64,000 bases of DNA from Oikopleura dioica (lineage: Eukaryota; Animalia; Chordata), in assembly GCA_907165135.1 (NCBI GenBank), contig OU015567.1, forward strand, positions 15,810,001 to 15,874,000. The letters are read 5' to 3'. Position 1 is the stretch's first letter, and each line of letters opens with the position of its first letter. The notes below the pieces were generated by a model. It saw nothing but the letters and a program-made list of their open reading frames with translations. It ran no database searches and had not been told where the DNA came from. Both the position numbers and the translations under genes were made by a program. Below, in pieces: positions 39,398-51,215 of the stretch.

Positions 39398-41459
39398 CTA
39401 AAAGAAGAAAATAAAAAGCAAACAAGCAAAAGCCATTGAAATTGAAGCTGAGGATGCGGAAGAATCTCTGTTGAGCGGCAGTCCATTTCTTTCCCAAATT
39501 TCTTCAAGCTGCTCTTCGCATTGAGTCTTGTTATTTGGCGCATCGCAGAAGAGGTTGGCTTCAATGCTTCGAGCAGATCGGTCGAGTTCCTTCGCTTGTT
39601 CGAGCAGATTCCCGTCGAAACTGTCTTCAAAGCCGCCCCAAATAGCGCCGAAAAAATAATTCTTCTTCGCTAAGAAAATGGTCCAAAGAAGACAAAATCA
39701 GTGTTTTTTACCGTGTTTCTGGACAAAAGGAATGTATTCTTTTAGCATCAAATTGAATCGGGCGCTAAATTGAAATTTTTCTTTCAGAAAATTTTCATTT
39801 GAAAAAAAAACCTGTAAATAAACCATCGCAAAACGCCAGTGTAAAAGGTTTGTTCCTCAGGATGGCCGATTGTATTTTCAAAAGTCATGATGTTTTGGAG
39901 CATAGGAATAACTTGTTCCGCATGTGCTCGGCAACCTGTTTAGAAAACCTGAGTCAGGTTTTGAAGAACTAAAATGAAAAGCCGCTTAGTCAATATTTTT
40001 AAATAAATAAAAGTAATTTTGTTCGCTACGCGGCTTTTCATTTCAGGCTTTCCAAGCCTGACTCAGGTTTTTACACAGGTTGCCGAGCCCAGTGTTCTGT
40101 CAACTCAGTAGCGTCCGAGACTGCATTGTAGAACTCGACGGATTGAAGCATTTCCATCACATCTATAATTTGCACGAAAATTTTGTCGCACAACTGAATT
40201 TTTACCGTCACAAGCTTCGGGATACAAAGCGACGAGACGAACGAACGCCCATGCTGTTCCAACATCGCTGCCGATCGAGTCGATTTTAGTAAAATTTCCG
40301 CTGAAATGCGTTTTAAAAAATAATGAATCGAAAGAGTACCTGAAGTATTTTAAGTAGAACGCGTGGAATTTCTCGATCGGGGGTTTAATAGCTCTGCTGA
40401 ATTGTTTGACAGCATCGTTGACTCCAGAACAGATTTCGTTGGCATAGCTTCGCGGCACAGTTGATCGCTTTTTGAGAGGAATATTGGTTTCAGTTAGGGT
40501 TAGGCCCTGACTGTCAGGGTAGGGGGAGAAGACTAAGTAGAGTTACTCAGTTTGGGTTAGGGTTAGGTATTCAATGTAGGGATAAAAACAAATATAAGGG
40601 CGCCTTCAAAAAAAATGGTGGTAATAATCCTTCCTGCAAGAAAACAGCGATGATATCGGTCACATGAGTAAGATCTTCGAATACAAATTGATTGTCATTT
40701 TCTTGATAAAATCTTTTACCTGGAAGTTCAGAAGACCCGTTGTTGAAAAACGGAGCCAGTGGCTGGAGAATATACTCAAACACATTATTCGCGCTTTCGC
40801 CCTCTACTTCAGTCAAAAGAAACGCGGCAACGGAAGTGATCATATCCTCGATTTCCCGCGTTGAAGACTCGCTAACTTCAGCAAATATATCAAAAATGAA
40901 CTTTCGAATAGCGGCGACGTCCAATTCGATGCTCTCGCGCTCAGTCGAAAAAACTTCAATCCCGCTTTTGCACCAGTCGTTGTCCCACTTGAAAAGGATG
41001 AATTTCGCGATGGTGATTGTGTCCAAATAAGTTGCGTCAGAGAAATTGGAGGAAAACAGAAGCCCGGCGATGTTAACATCTTCTTCAAGCCGTCTGAAAG
41101 GAACATGATTTTCAATTTCAGGCTCCAATTCGGGGTAGTGTCCGGAACCGACAAAAAATTCGATTTTTCGAAATTTTTTGTCGGTTCCGGTCACCTACTC
41201 TCAAATTCGACTAGAAAATCGACTATTTCGGGCCCAAACCACAGTTTTTCCGACAATTTTGGGCTTACTACTGTATTCACCTTATGGTTTCCTTGACAAA
41301 TGCAACTCCAAAAGCAATATCTTTTATTTCATTTTTCTCCGTCTCATTCAGACCATCCAGTGCACTCATATCGTCCACAGTCGCATGACAAAGAGTTCCG
41401 AACTTTTCATCAAAAAACTGGGCAGAAATGCCTGCAAAGAGGCAAATACCAAGTCGCAT
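39398..41459 (-). CDS. Secreted, probably GPI-anchored orphan protein
   Basis: Signal peptide MRLGICLFAGISA; phase-consistent exons checked from ~40460 to the stop; C-terminus SSASSASISMAFACLLFIFFF*. Confidence 0.75.
39924..40090. mobile_element. MITE family A inside a coding exon
   Basis: Family TIR; separates ...TELTEH from (Y)AEQVIPMLQ... Confidence 0.85.
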
Positions 41460-41621
41460 TTTATCTCTTTGAAAATCAGCGAAGAGGGATGCGATGAAAA
41501 AATGATTTGATTTCAATGATTAATTCCGGCCGGAAATGCATCGACGATTTTTGATGAAAAATGCTTGGATTTAATTTTTTGTTGTTTGACATCGGTGAAA
41601 TTGGTATGGTTTTGTTTATTT

Positions 41622-41661
41622 CAGTAAAGCTTTCGGATGCTGAGATCCATCTTCAGTACTA
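41622..41661 (-). ncRNA. Hammerhead ribozyme (antisense copy)
   Basis: Reverse complement of 42012-42051. Confidence 0.75.
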
Positions 41662-42011
41662 GAATAAAGTGTAAAGAATACGAAAAGAAGTGAAAATATT
41701 TTGAGGGCTAGACTTTGAGAGAGAGTAGCGCACTGAAGTTCAAATGAAAGATTTCAAGAGAAATAAATTTGGTCTAGAGAATTTTTGAAAGAATAAATGT
41801 TGAACTAGAGATTTTTTGAAAATGATTAATATAATCGGGCTTCGGATCATTTTCAAAAATCTCTAGTTCAACATTTATTCTTTCAAAATTCTCTAGACCA
41901 AATTTATTTCTCTTGAAATCTTTCATTTGAACTTCAGTGCGCTACTCTCTCTCAAAGTCTAGCCCTCAAAGGTTTATTTTTACTTCTTTTCGTATTCTTT
42001 ACACTTTATTC

Positions 42012-42051
42012 TAGTACTGAAGATGGATCTCAGCATCCGAAAGCTTTACTG
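42012..42051 (+). ncRNA. Minimal type I hammerhead ribozyme
   Basis: Stem I TAGTA/TACTG, core CTGAAGA, stem II GGAT/ATCC, GAAA, palindromic helix III (AAGCTT). Confidence 0.8.
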
Positions 42052-42106
42052 AAATAAACAAAACCATACCAATTTCACCGATGTCAAACAACAAGAGATT
42101 ATCTTA

Positions 42107-44575
42107 ATGGAAAACAGACATCACCGTATCTACGAAATATACGAATGTACCCGTAAAATCGTACGAACAAGAAGTAACAATTTATTCCTCGAGAGATGTT
42201 TAACTGCTGGACTCAACCCTAAATTCACCGCCTTTTCTTGTCAATTCCTATCGAAGGTAAACTGGTCGCCGCATGTTATCCACCAAAAACGAACGAAGAT
42301 CACTAAAAACGCTATATTTAACAATCAAGCTAAAATTTCTCATCTTAATTCTCAGCTTCATCATCTTAAGTTAAAACATTTTCATAATTCCTCCGATACA
42401 TTTACCGACTCATCCATCGAATACCATTTCAAACTTGCAAATGAGCATGAATCATCTCATACTAAAATTCTTAATCGAAAATTTGAACAATTGTCATCAC
42501 CATCATCTGATCAAGCATCCATTCATATTTTCAATGACACAAATATTGAAATACCCCATTCGGTTATCCAGATTCTTAAATTTTCAAGTAAACGACCAAT
42601 CGGTGGCTCGCCCACAACAGTTAGAATTACGGAGAGTTTTGAGTATCTTTTTAACAATGTGTTAAAGTATTGCAAAGATTTAAAATTGGACGCGCTAGAA
42701 ATAGATGAAATCAAAACAAAGCTAAAAACTCAATTTCATTTTTTACGAAAAAGTTATTCATCATCTAATGACGCTAAAATCCTAAAAGATTTTCTCGCGA
42801 AACACCCCGATTACTTATTTATTAATGTAGATAAATCTGAAAATTTGAGATTTTGCTCATTTGAGTATTACAAAAATAAACTTTTGGAAATTCTCACTAC
42901 AAATAACTATAAACCAATTACACATGATCACACAGAACTAAATTATTTTCGAATGAATAATATTATCGAAATGCTTAAACCATACATAAGTCATAAATTA
43001 GAAAAACAAATTAAACCAAATTTCAATAGCAGAATCGGCTTCGGCATAAGCAAAGAATCGAAAGAGAATAAACCCCTTCGATTAATTGTTAGCGGAAGAA
43101 ATGCTATTTCATCAAATATAGAACAATTCTATCTTTTACCAATTCTGAAAAAGTTAGAAGGCTTCTGTAAATTTCAAATTCGAGACACTAAACAACTTAA
43201 AACTAATCTGACTAATATAAGAAATAAATTTGACCCAAAAATTCACTGTATTTACAGCCTGGATATCGTCAAAATGTACGACAATATCAATGTTTTCGAA
43301 GCAATTAATTTTATTTGTGATAAAATTTATGCATTTCCTAATAAGTTTTTTCCCAAAAAAGATAATAATAATGATAACCCTTACTCTAATCTTGATTCAA
43401 ACATACCACCACGATCACTTTTTCAGTCTATTTTGAAAGCAACCCTTACAGATTTTACAAGTTTTAAGACCCTTGTGGGAGACTATCAACAAATACAAGG
43501 TATAAGCATGGGAGGACAAATAAGTGGACTCATAGCGAATATTTATGCAGCAAAAGTTGAAAACCCTATTATTACTAAATTATTGAGAAATAATGACATT
43601 ATTCTATATAACAGATTCGTCGACGATTCCATAATTATTGGCACAAAATCAAGTAAACTGAAACTTTTCGCGTCTTTAAATTCAGCCGACAAAAATTTGA
43701 AATATAAAATTGAACATTCAACAAATAAATCTATTAATTTTCTGGACACCACAATTAAATTTTCAAATAAAACTAGCCAATTAGAGATGGAACATTTCGA
43801 GAAAAAGTCAAAAAGTTCCGTTACAATGAATTACAAAACTTCCATAGCCCCTACGTCTCATAAACGTAACACAATTTTAGGATCATGTAATAGAATTAGA
43901 AACGCATGCACAAATCAACAAGATGAAGACAAAGGTCTTTCTAAACTTAAATCTAAATTAATCAAAAACAATTTCCCTAAACAATTTTTGAAAAATGAAA
44001 TTGATAAATTTAAAAATAACTCAAACAAAACTAAAGATAAAGATTTTGATTCCTCTCTATTTTTATCGCTAGATTTTACTTCTGAACGATGTAATACAAT
44101 ACACAAAAACATCCTAAAAATTTTCCAAACTCATCTCCCGCGATTCAAATTAACAATTAGTTGGCGATGCATCAGATTGAATTCAATATTAACTCCCCTT
44201 ACTAAACCTAGAAAAGACACGGAAAACCGAAAGGCGTGCATTTACTCTTTCGTATGCGATTGCTCTCAAAACTATATCGGCCACACAAAGCGGCAATTGA
44301 ACACTCGTATTTCAGAACATGGTCAAAAAAGTCGAAAATCGGAAGTCGGAGTCCATATTTTTAACTGCAATAATTATAAAAATAATCTTCTTTCTAACTT
44401 TGGTTCCAAACCAACTCCATCTCAACGTTTCCAGTACCTAAAATCTCATTTTACTGTTCTAAAAGACAATGTCTTCGATTATTTCAAACGAACTTTTATT
44501 GAATCATATCATATCCATTTCTGCCAACCTTCCCTTAACAGACAACGTCAACACCAATCTATAACAATAATATAG
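42107..44575 (+). CDS. PLE reverse transcriptase + GIY-YIG endonuclease (822 aa, uninterrupted)
   Basis: LRLIVSG, SLDIVKMYDNI, QGISMGGQISGLIANIY, RFVDD; CIYSFVCDCSQNYIGHTKRQLNTRISEH. Confidence 0.95.
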   Translation: MENRHHRIYEIYECTRKIVRTRSNNLFLERCLTAGLNPKFTAFSCQFLSKVNWSPHVIHQKRTKITKNAIFNNQAKISHLNSQLHHLKLKHFHNSSDTFTDSSIEYHFKLANEHESSHTKILNRKFEQLSSPSSDQASIHIFNDTNIEIPHSVIQILKFSSKRPIGGSPTTVRITESFEYLFNNVLKYCKDLKLDALEIDEIKTKLKTQFHFLRKSYSSSNDAKILKDFLAKHPDYLFINVDKSENLRFCSFEYYKNKLLEILTTNNYKPITHDHTELNYFRMNNIIEMLKPYISHKLEKQIKPNFNSRIGFGISKESKENKPLRLIVSGRNAISSNIEQFYLLPILKKLEGFCKFQIRDTKQLKTNLTNIRNKFDPKIHCIYSLDIVKMYDNINVFEAINFICDKIYAFPNKFFPKKDNNNDNPYSNLDSNIPPRSLFQSILKATLTDFTSFKTLVGDYQQIQGISMGGQISGLIANIYAAKVENPIITKLLRNNDIILYNRFVDDSIIIGTKSSKLKLFASLNSADKNLKYKIEHSTNKSINFLDTTIKFSNKTSQLEMEHFEKKSKSSVTMNYKTSIAPTSHKRNTILGSCNRIRNACTNQQDEDKGLSKLKSKLIKNNFPKQFLKNEIDKFKNNSNKTKDKDFDSSLFLSLDFTSERCNTIHKNILKIFQTHLPRFKLTISWRCIRLNSILTPLTKPRKDTENRKACIYSFVCDCSQNYIGHTKRQLNTRISEHGQKSRKSEVGVHIFNCNNYKNNLLSNFGSKPTPSQRFQYLKSHFTVLKDNVFDYFKRTFIESYHIHFCQPSLNRQRQHQSITII

Positions 44576-44780
44576 TCGGGCACTTTTTGAAAATGATCCG
44601 AAGCCCGATTATATTAATCATTTTCAAAAATCTCTAGTTCAACATTTATTCTTTCAAAAATTCTCTAGACCAAATTTATTTCTCTTGAAATCTTTCATTT
44701 GAACTTCAGTGCGCTACTCTCTCTCAAAGTCTAGCCCTCAAAATATTTTCACTTCTTTTCGTATTCTTTACACTTTATTC

Positions 44781-44820
44781 TAGTACTGAAGATGGATCTC
44801 AGCATCCGAAAGCTTTACTG
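44781..44820 (+). ncRNA. Hammerhead ribozyme in the 3' pLTR
   Basis: Identical to 42012-42051. Confidence 0.8.
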
Positions 44821-44954
44821 AAATAAACAAAACCATACGGATTTAATTTTATTTAATAAATTTAGCTCAATCAGAAAATGAACTGCCGAATAGATATTCG
44901 TGGAAAAATCACGGACCGTTTTTTCCCTAAGCCCTGTAAATAGACAAAATAAAT

Positions 44955-46973
44955 ACAGTTGCTGGGCGGTGGCGAATTCGGAGCAATATTTGCAGAATTT
45001 GAAGAAGGCGATCTTTGCAAACAGAAAAAGCCGGCCGCGCTGCAAATTCTCTTTTTCATTCAGCAGAATCGAATTTTGACGAAAAATGGAAGGTGAAATG
45101 ATCAACGAGCGCTACAAGGCGATCAGAGAATTGAAAGAGTCGAGAGATGGGAAGATTTACTTTCTCGTCGAGGATACTCAAAATGGTAAAGAGAAGTGTG
45201 GAAGGAGCGGTTACGTGATCGTGTTTAGACAACGAGCAGAAAATGCTCAAGGGAATCGCGCTTTTGAATGAACAACAAAAAGAAGACGCGAAATCGGAAA
45301 TTGCTTTGCTCCGAAGACTAGGAAAAGGGTTTATTGACCAGATCTTAAAACTTTCTGGAATGAACTACAAGTTAATGAAAACCTCTCAAAAGACAATGAC
45401 TATGTAGTAAAACTGCTCGACGATTTCGTTTTTACTGACCCGAACAACTTCACCTACCACGCTCTGATTCTCGAATATCTTCCAGGAGGCGACTTGTCCG
45501 AGTATTTGAAGGAGAAACTTCTCAACGGTAAGATCAAGCAGAAGCATTTTTCCATTGCTTTTTTGTTTCAGAAGGAAAAGAAACTGAAGAACCGTGGGAT
45601 GAAAATGAAGCGCTTCGGATTACTGCTCAACTGGCTGTTGCTCTAGGTTTGCACAAATTTGAATAATTAAATCGTAATTTTAAAATAGACTACGTCCATT
45701 CCCAAAATGTGATACACCGAGACGTCAAGCCCGAAAACGTCCTGCTTTCTGCTGATAAGAAAACGGTAAACAAACTTTAACGTCATCAGAAATTTGAGAA
45801 AATTAAGGCAAAACTGGCCGATTTCAACATTTCCCGAACGATCGAGGCGACCAAAAACACCGGTGTCGCTGGAACAATGGACTTTTATCCACCCGAAACG
45901 CTTAGAAATCAAGAAACTGAGCAGATCTCTTTCCGACGAGATTTGTGGCCATTTGGAATTATCATGCAGATGCTTTGTTCTTTCAGGAATAGTTTTAAAA
46001 TCAAAGATTTTTTGATTTTCTTTATGAAAATTTGAAAACTGAAAAAGACATCCCTTCGCAACGGATGACCCTTTGCAAACAATGATGAACATCGCCCAAA
46101 ACATCCGTCAACCAGCAGAAGTCGCCTTTCCGGTCATGGAAAGTCTGATCAAGCAATGTTTGGTCGTCGAAATCGGCGAAAGAGTCGAAAGCGTGACTTC
46201 TTTGATGAAACAGCCTCTTTTGTGGAGTTTGGTTGAGCAGCTCAAGAATAGAATCAAACCGGAAAACCTCGTTTTTGGACTCAATCGATTGGAGACCAAG
46301 GATGTTATTAAGGATTATTTGATTGCGGAGTTGCAGAAGAAACTTGAAGAAACGCAGAAGAAAATGGTCGATTTTATGGGAAAAACCCAGCGGACTTTGA
46401 AGGAAGCTCAAAGCAAAATCTCAAAGCTCGAAACTGAAAACACTAAACTGAAAAAACTGTCGGGTTTCTCTGCGGATCACCACATGATGGATTTGGTCTT
46501 TTTCATGGCGACGACAAACGATCTCAGCACTACGAACATGATGTGCCAAAAGTGCTTCGAGGAATGGCTTCTGGCTTGACGACTTTTAATTTGAAGGAAT
46601 TGGATAAAATCACATTTTTAGTTTTTTGATTTTTGTTTCGACGCGATTTTCATCCAAAATTAAGTTTTGGCTCAACGACAATTTCGAAGTATCGGAAGCT
46701 GGCTGGACAATCCGACATCAATCGAAGAGCAAAAACTACGGCGGCGACGGCTTCTGGAAAATGTGGCTTCTTTTCAACGGTATTGATTGTTGAATTTGAG
46801 ATTTTTATTTTTTAGGAAAACGCGTCGGTTTTGAAGCCGACGCGGACGATATTGACCATTATGATGGGAAGAGCTACAACTCGGCGAAGAAGTTGACGCC
46901 GGATTCACAAGGAATGGTCAAACTCAAAGGAGAACGACTTTATGTCCGCTGGAATATTACTGTAAGAAAGTAA
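44955..46973 (+). CDS. Ser/Thr kinase-coiled coil-PRY/SPRY-like protein (inverted paralog of 36930-39290)
   Basis: Same motifs and introns minus the hAT intron; two single-base shifts in A-runs (~45085, ~46455) mean pseudogene or sequencing error. Confidence 0.75.
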
Positions 46974-47494
46974 TTCTGTAAATTTATATAAAATGATGAT
47001 CGATTTTAAAGCAAAGACTTCATTTTCAAATATATTCGCGCTCCTCATCAGCAAATACTAGTAAGAACTATCTTTGTTGAAATTTCTAGTCGCGAATTAT
47101 TTTTAAACCTATTCTTTTAAACCTTTTTCAATCAATTTTCAATTAAAAAAAATAGAAAAAAGCTTTAATTATTTATTCTTTTTTTTTTTCAGACACATTT
47201 AATTTTCGAAATACCAAGCTTTTAAACCTAGCTTTTTATTTCATGCAAACTTTAATTAACTGATGCAACTTTGATAATAAATTATTTTTAAAAATTAATG
47301 AAATTCTGCATATTTCATTTTCCTGACCAAAACTCCTTGCGTCAATAAAAGTCCAGAGCTTTCCATTTCCCTCAATTCATGCGAAAAACAACTGCCGCGG
47401 GCGGTTTCGTTCTGCATAAAACGGTCGTTACACCCCACCTAGTCTCAATCTTCTAGAAAATTTCAGGAGAAAATTGAAAATCAATTATAAAAAA

Positions 47495-48032
47495 ATGAAA
47501 TTTTTCAACGCTCTCGCATTTTTCGCTGGTTCAATTTCCGCCAGATCCAGCGGAGCTCCAGGATATACTCCAATTCTGCAAAATTTGAAGCCAGGAGGAC
47601 CTCATGCCAGATTGTGGGCGACCAAGTAAGATAGAGAATGGTTAAAACTCGTATTTTTCGAAAATAGTATTTCAAAATATTCACAATTTTGTTTACAGAG
47701 AAGAATTTGGCCCTGCCCATCACCACATCAGCTTTGGCTACGACGAGTCCTCCGGCGAAGTCGTTTTCGTCAACGGCGACAACGACGCCAAAACATTCAA
47801 GGGTCTTCTTCTCCGACTGACTGGCGCTGAGTTCAACGGCATTCCCGGCGGCTTCAAAGGCTACCCCCACCAAAGCAACTATTTGACGCACTCATCTCCC
47901 GCCTTGAAAAGCACTGCCGATGTTCGCTTCCCGATCTCCTGCAATCCAGGCGACAGTGTCAAAGTCGAAGCGACGATGGCGATCAAAATCAACGAGTTCT
48001 TTTTCGATCTCGTCGGCGAATTTCAGTGCTGA
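47495..48032 (+). CDS. Small secreted reeler-domain-like protein 1
   Basis: Signal peptide, SSGAP, PH, FKGLLLR, LTHS, VKVEATM; one GT-AG intron; frameshift ~47568. Confidence 0.6.
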
Positions 48033-48158
48033 TTTTTTTTGTTTGACTGGTATTTGAAATAAACTGTCAACAGCTAGAATGATCTTCAAGCGTAATCGAA
48101 GCCGCAGGGCCACTCAAATTTTTAAATGAAAGAGGAAATTTTCAGCAGATTGAAAATC

Positions 48159-48812
48159 ATGAAACTCAAAATTTTATTCCTTCCTTTTTCGTTTTCTTAC
48201 CCAGGCGGCGCGCCGGGATTTTCAAGAGTCCTGGAAGCTGGGCTCGGCAATCTGTGTAGAAAACCTGAGTCAGGGTCTCAAAGATATTTCAAGAAAAGCC
48301 CTGTAGCGTCACTTTTCCAATGAGTTTCGCCAAATCAGCTTGCCAAAGAAAAGCAAGGGGGTTTTGATCAAATATCTTTCAGACCCTGACTCAGGTTTTC
48401 TACACAGGTTGCCGAGTCCAGCCCGCAAGACCTGAGCCCAACATTGATGAGTCCCCATTCAAAAACTTGGATTCAAAGAGACAAATATGGACCCACCCAT
48501 CATCACCTCAGCTTCTACTACGACGAGTCCAAGAGAACAGTGATCTTCAAAAACGGGGACAATGAGCCAAAACGATTCAAAGGACTGCTTCTCCGAGTGA
48601 CTGGTGCTGAATTTGACGAAATTCCTAATGGCTTCGAAGGGTTTTCCGGCCAGTCGAACTATTTGACGCATTCGAATAATTTAATCAAAAGCACTGATGA
48701 TGTCCTTTTTCCGATCAAATGCAACACGGGAGATAAAGTGAAAGTTGAAGCGACGATGGCGATTCATAAATACTTATTTTTCTATGGAATAACTGGAGAG
48801 TTTACTTGCTAG
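48159..48812 (+). CDS. Small secreted reeler-domain-like protein 2
   Basis: Paralog of the previous gene; first exon split by MITE A 48240-48419. Confidence 0.65.
48240..48419. mobile_element. MITE family A inside a coding exon
   Basis: Family TIR; flanks GCT^AGC. Confidence 0.85.
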
Positions 48813-49169
48813 AGAAAAATAAAACAACACGAACCTGCAAATTTTGCTTCTTGCAATTATTAAATAAATCATGAATAAATGAGTGGCCGTTTTTTCTCAC
48901 CGAACCTTTATTGAATAAAAAATCACCAAGTTTAATTGACTTATTATATGGACACCACAGAAAGAGAAGGTAAATTGGGCAGCATTGAGATCTAGTAGGA
49001 TTGTTAACCTGTGAAGAAAACCTGAGTCAGGGCTAATAATCAAGTTCTTTCGGACACTGACTCAGGTTCTCTGCACAGGTTGCCAAGCCCAGATTGAGAT
49101 AGGCAGAAAAGATGTAAAAATGACAGTGATTGATGACTCATCAATGATGAGTTAAAAAACCGGATAATT

Positions 49170-51003
49170 TCAAACAAGAAGATGCAACTTGTTTCCTTCG
49201 ACGTATCCAACATCGCAGTGGTCAGGCTCGAGACTTTCGCTCAAATCTCGGTATTCCGGAATGCAGAAATCCTCTGAACCGGCAATTTAAAAGCCGAAAA
49301 AGAAAATATGATACTTAACAAGGTTGATAACTGGCAGGGTAGTTTCTTCAGCGTCGTTATTATCTATGAACACTGTAGCTTTTTGAGATTTAGAAATTTT
49401 CCTTTGGACGGCTTTGATTTGAAACGTAAATGCATCAGTATAATTCTTCAAATTTAAAACAAGATGGATGACGCCGTTAGTGCCAAGTTTAACCGATACA
49501 CTGCATTCTCCTCGATATTTCAAGAAGCACAAGTATGTCAAATCGTCATTTGGTTCATCAGAACCGAGCCATCTTCCAATGCTTCCCAGCGCAAAATATC
49601 TTCCATTATCACGAGGTTCTTTCAACGGAACTTGCAATCCTGTACTATCGAATTTATAAACATCGCAGCGCTTTAAACAGTACAGAATAGAATCGCAAAT
49701 TCCAAAATATCTTTCTTCGAATGGATCCGGATGTGATGAGTGCAGTCTCAGTACGCCCGATCGGTCATCATTTATACGTGTTATATGTTCCACCGTTTTC
49801 GGGCAGATTGCCAGAGAATAATGACGAACTTCTTTCGTATTCAAATCACAATGAAAAAGTTTCGCAGACAAAGAAGGAAGTCGAGGGTAAACGACCACGA
49901 GCCAATTAGATTCGCCGATGAATCTTGCCCAAATCGAATGCCTACCCCTTGGAAGGCTGAAATCGAAGCTCCAAAAAATCTTTTCTTGTCCACCAGAAAA
50001 ACTGCTAAAATCGACAACATATCGACGCATGGGTGTATCTTCTTGATAAAAAGTATCTTTGAAGTTGAGTACAGGATGTAGATTCATACAAGGATTAGTT
50101 TTATAATCTCTCCAAGATCGTTGCCGAGAGAAATTTCGGTTTATTGGAGAATAAGTAATTTTCTCGTGCAGAAAATGTCTCTTGCGTCCTAATTCTAAAA
50201 CAGTTGAATTGATACACTTTTGACGAGTAGAATTAAACCTGCAAACTTTAATGTTTCATAATCAAAGAAAGCCGGCAAATCTTCGTGACGGTGCCCCAAA
50301 AAAACTGTTTCGAGCATGGTTATTGAATCTTCAGGTTCAAAGTCATAATACTTAATCGGAGTTGCATTTTTTTTTCAAAATTTCTCTTTTGCTTAGATGA
50401 TTTTCACAAGAGGCAAGCTGACTGTTATTTTTCATTTGCAACTCTTTCCTCGATAAAATTTTGTGGATCATATTCAATTGGTTCGATAATCGGTGAGCGC
50501 TCGTCATTTTCGCGATTAATCTTGAAGATACGATCTCCGGCCCGGTCTTTAGTAAAAATCTAGGCAAATTGAGAGTGAACGTTTCAAAAGTTATATTTTC
50601 TTACATATGAGCCAGAAAATTTGACAGAAGAACCGAAGAACTCATGTTCTGTAAATAATTCCATCGTCGCTTTTGGAATCAGTTTCTTCTTGTTGTTTTT
50701 GAGATCTTCTCGCTTTTGAATAATTTTCATGATTTCAGAGAGACGATCAGGTTTTCCCTTTTTCTCTGCTTCGAATTCTTTTCCAACGAGATCAAGAATT
50801 GTGTCTCTTTCGTAATGATAGTTGAGAAAGTTTCGGCAAAAAAGCGTTCTCGTCAGATCATCAAAAGATCGATCATCGGATTCCAGAACAAAAGGGGCGA
50901 GTAGAGTCAATGAATCCATCGGCATTCGCTCAAAAATCAGCTCGGACAAAATTTGCGGATAATCGAGCATCTTTCTTAGAGTTGAGCGACGAAACTCATC
51001 CAT
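49170..51003 (-). CDS. F-box-like protein with unrecognised C-terminal region
   Basis: LDYPQILSELIFERMPMDSLTLL resembles an F-box; downstream exons open to VEGNKLHLLV*. Confidence 0.5.
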
Positions 51004-51215
51004 TTTAGCCGATTTTTTTACTTTTTGGATCACTAGAAATTCAATTTTAGACCCTTTTTACATTTCAATATGTGGTTTATTTAAACATTCATTTTTCAAA
51101 TAATTCGCTCGCTTTTTGAGTTGAAGCAGCATAGATACACTTTACTTTGCAGTGTTGGATACAGAAGATTTCTTATCTTTCAGTTTTTTTGTACAAAATT
51201 TTGAAAAAGTAAAAT

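Larger units (their letters stand above)
41579..44838 (+). mobile_element. Penelope-like retroelement, full length, with inverted 5' pLTR palindrome
   Basis: 12-bp TSD GGATTTAATTTT (41567-41578, 44839-44850); ~515-bp palindrome 41579-42095; 3' pLTR ~44582-44838. Confidence 0.95.

Noticed and set aside
44960-44995. LLGGGEFGAIF looks like a kinase Gly loop
   Set aside because: The paralog has a stop in that frame; synonymous changes support a different frame
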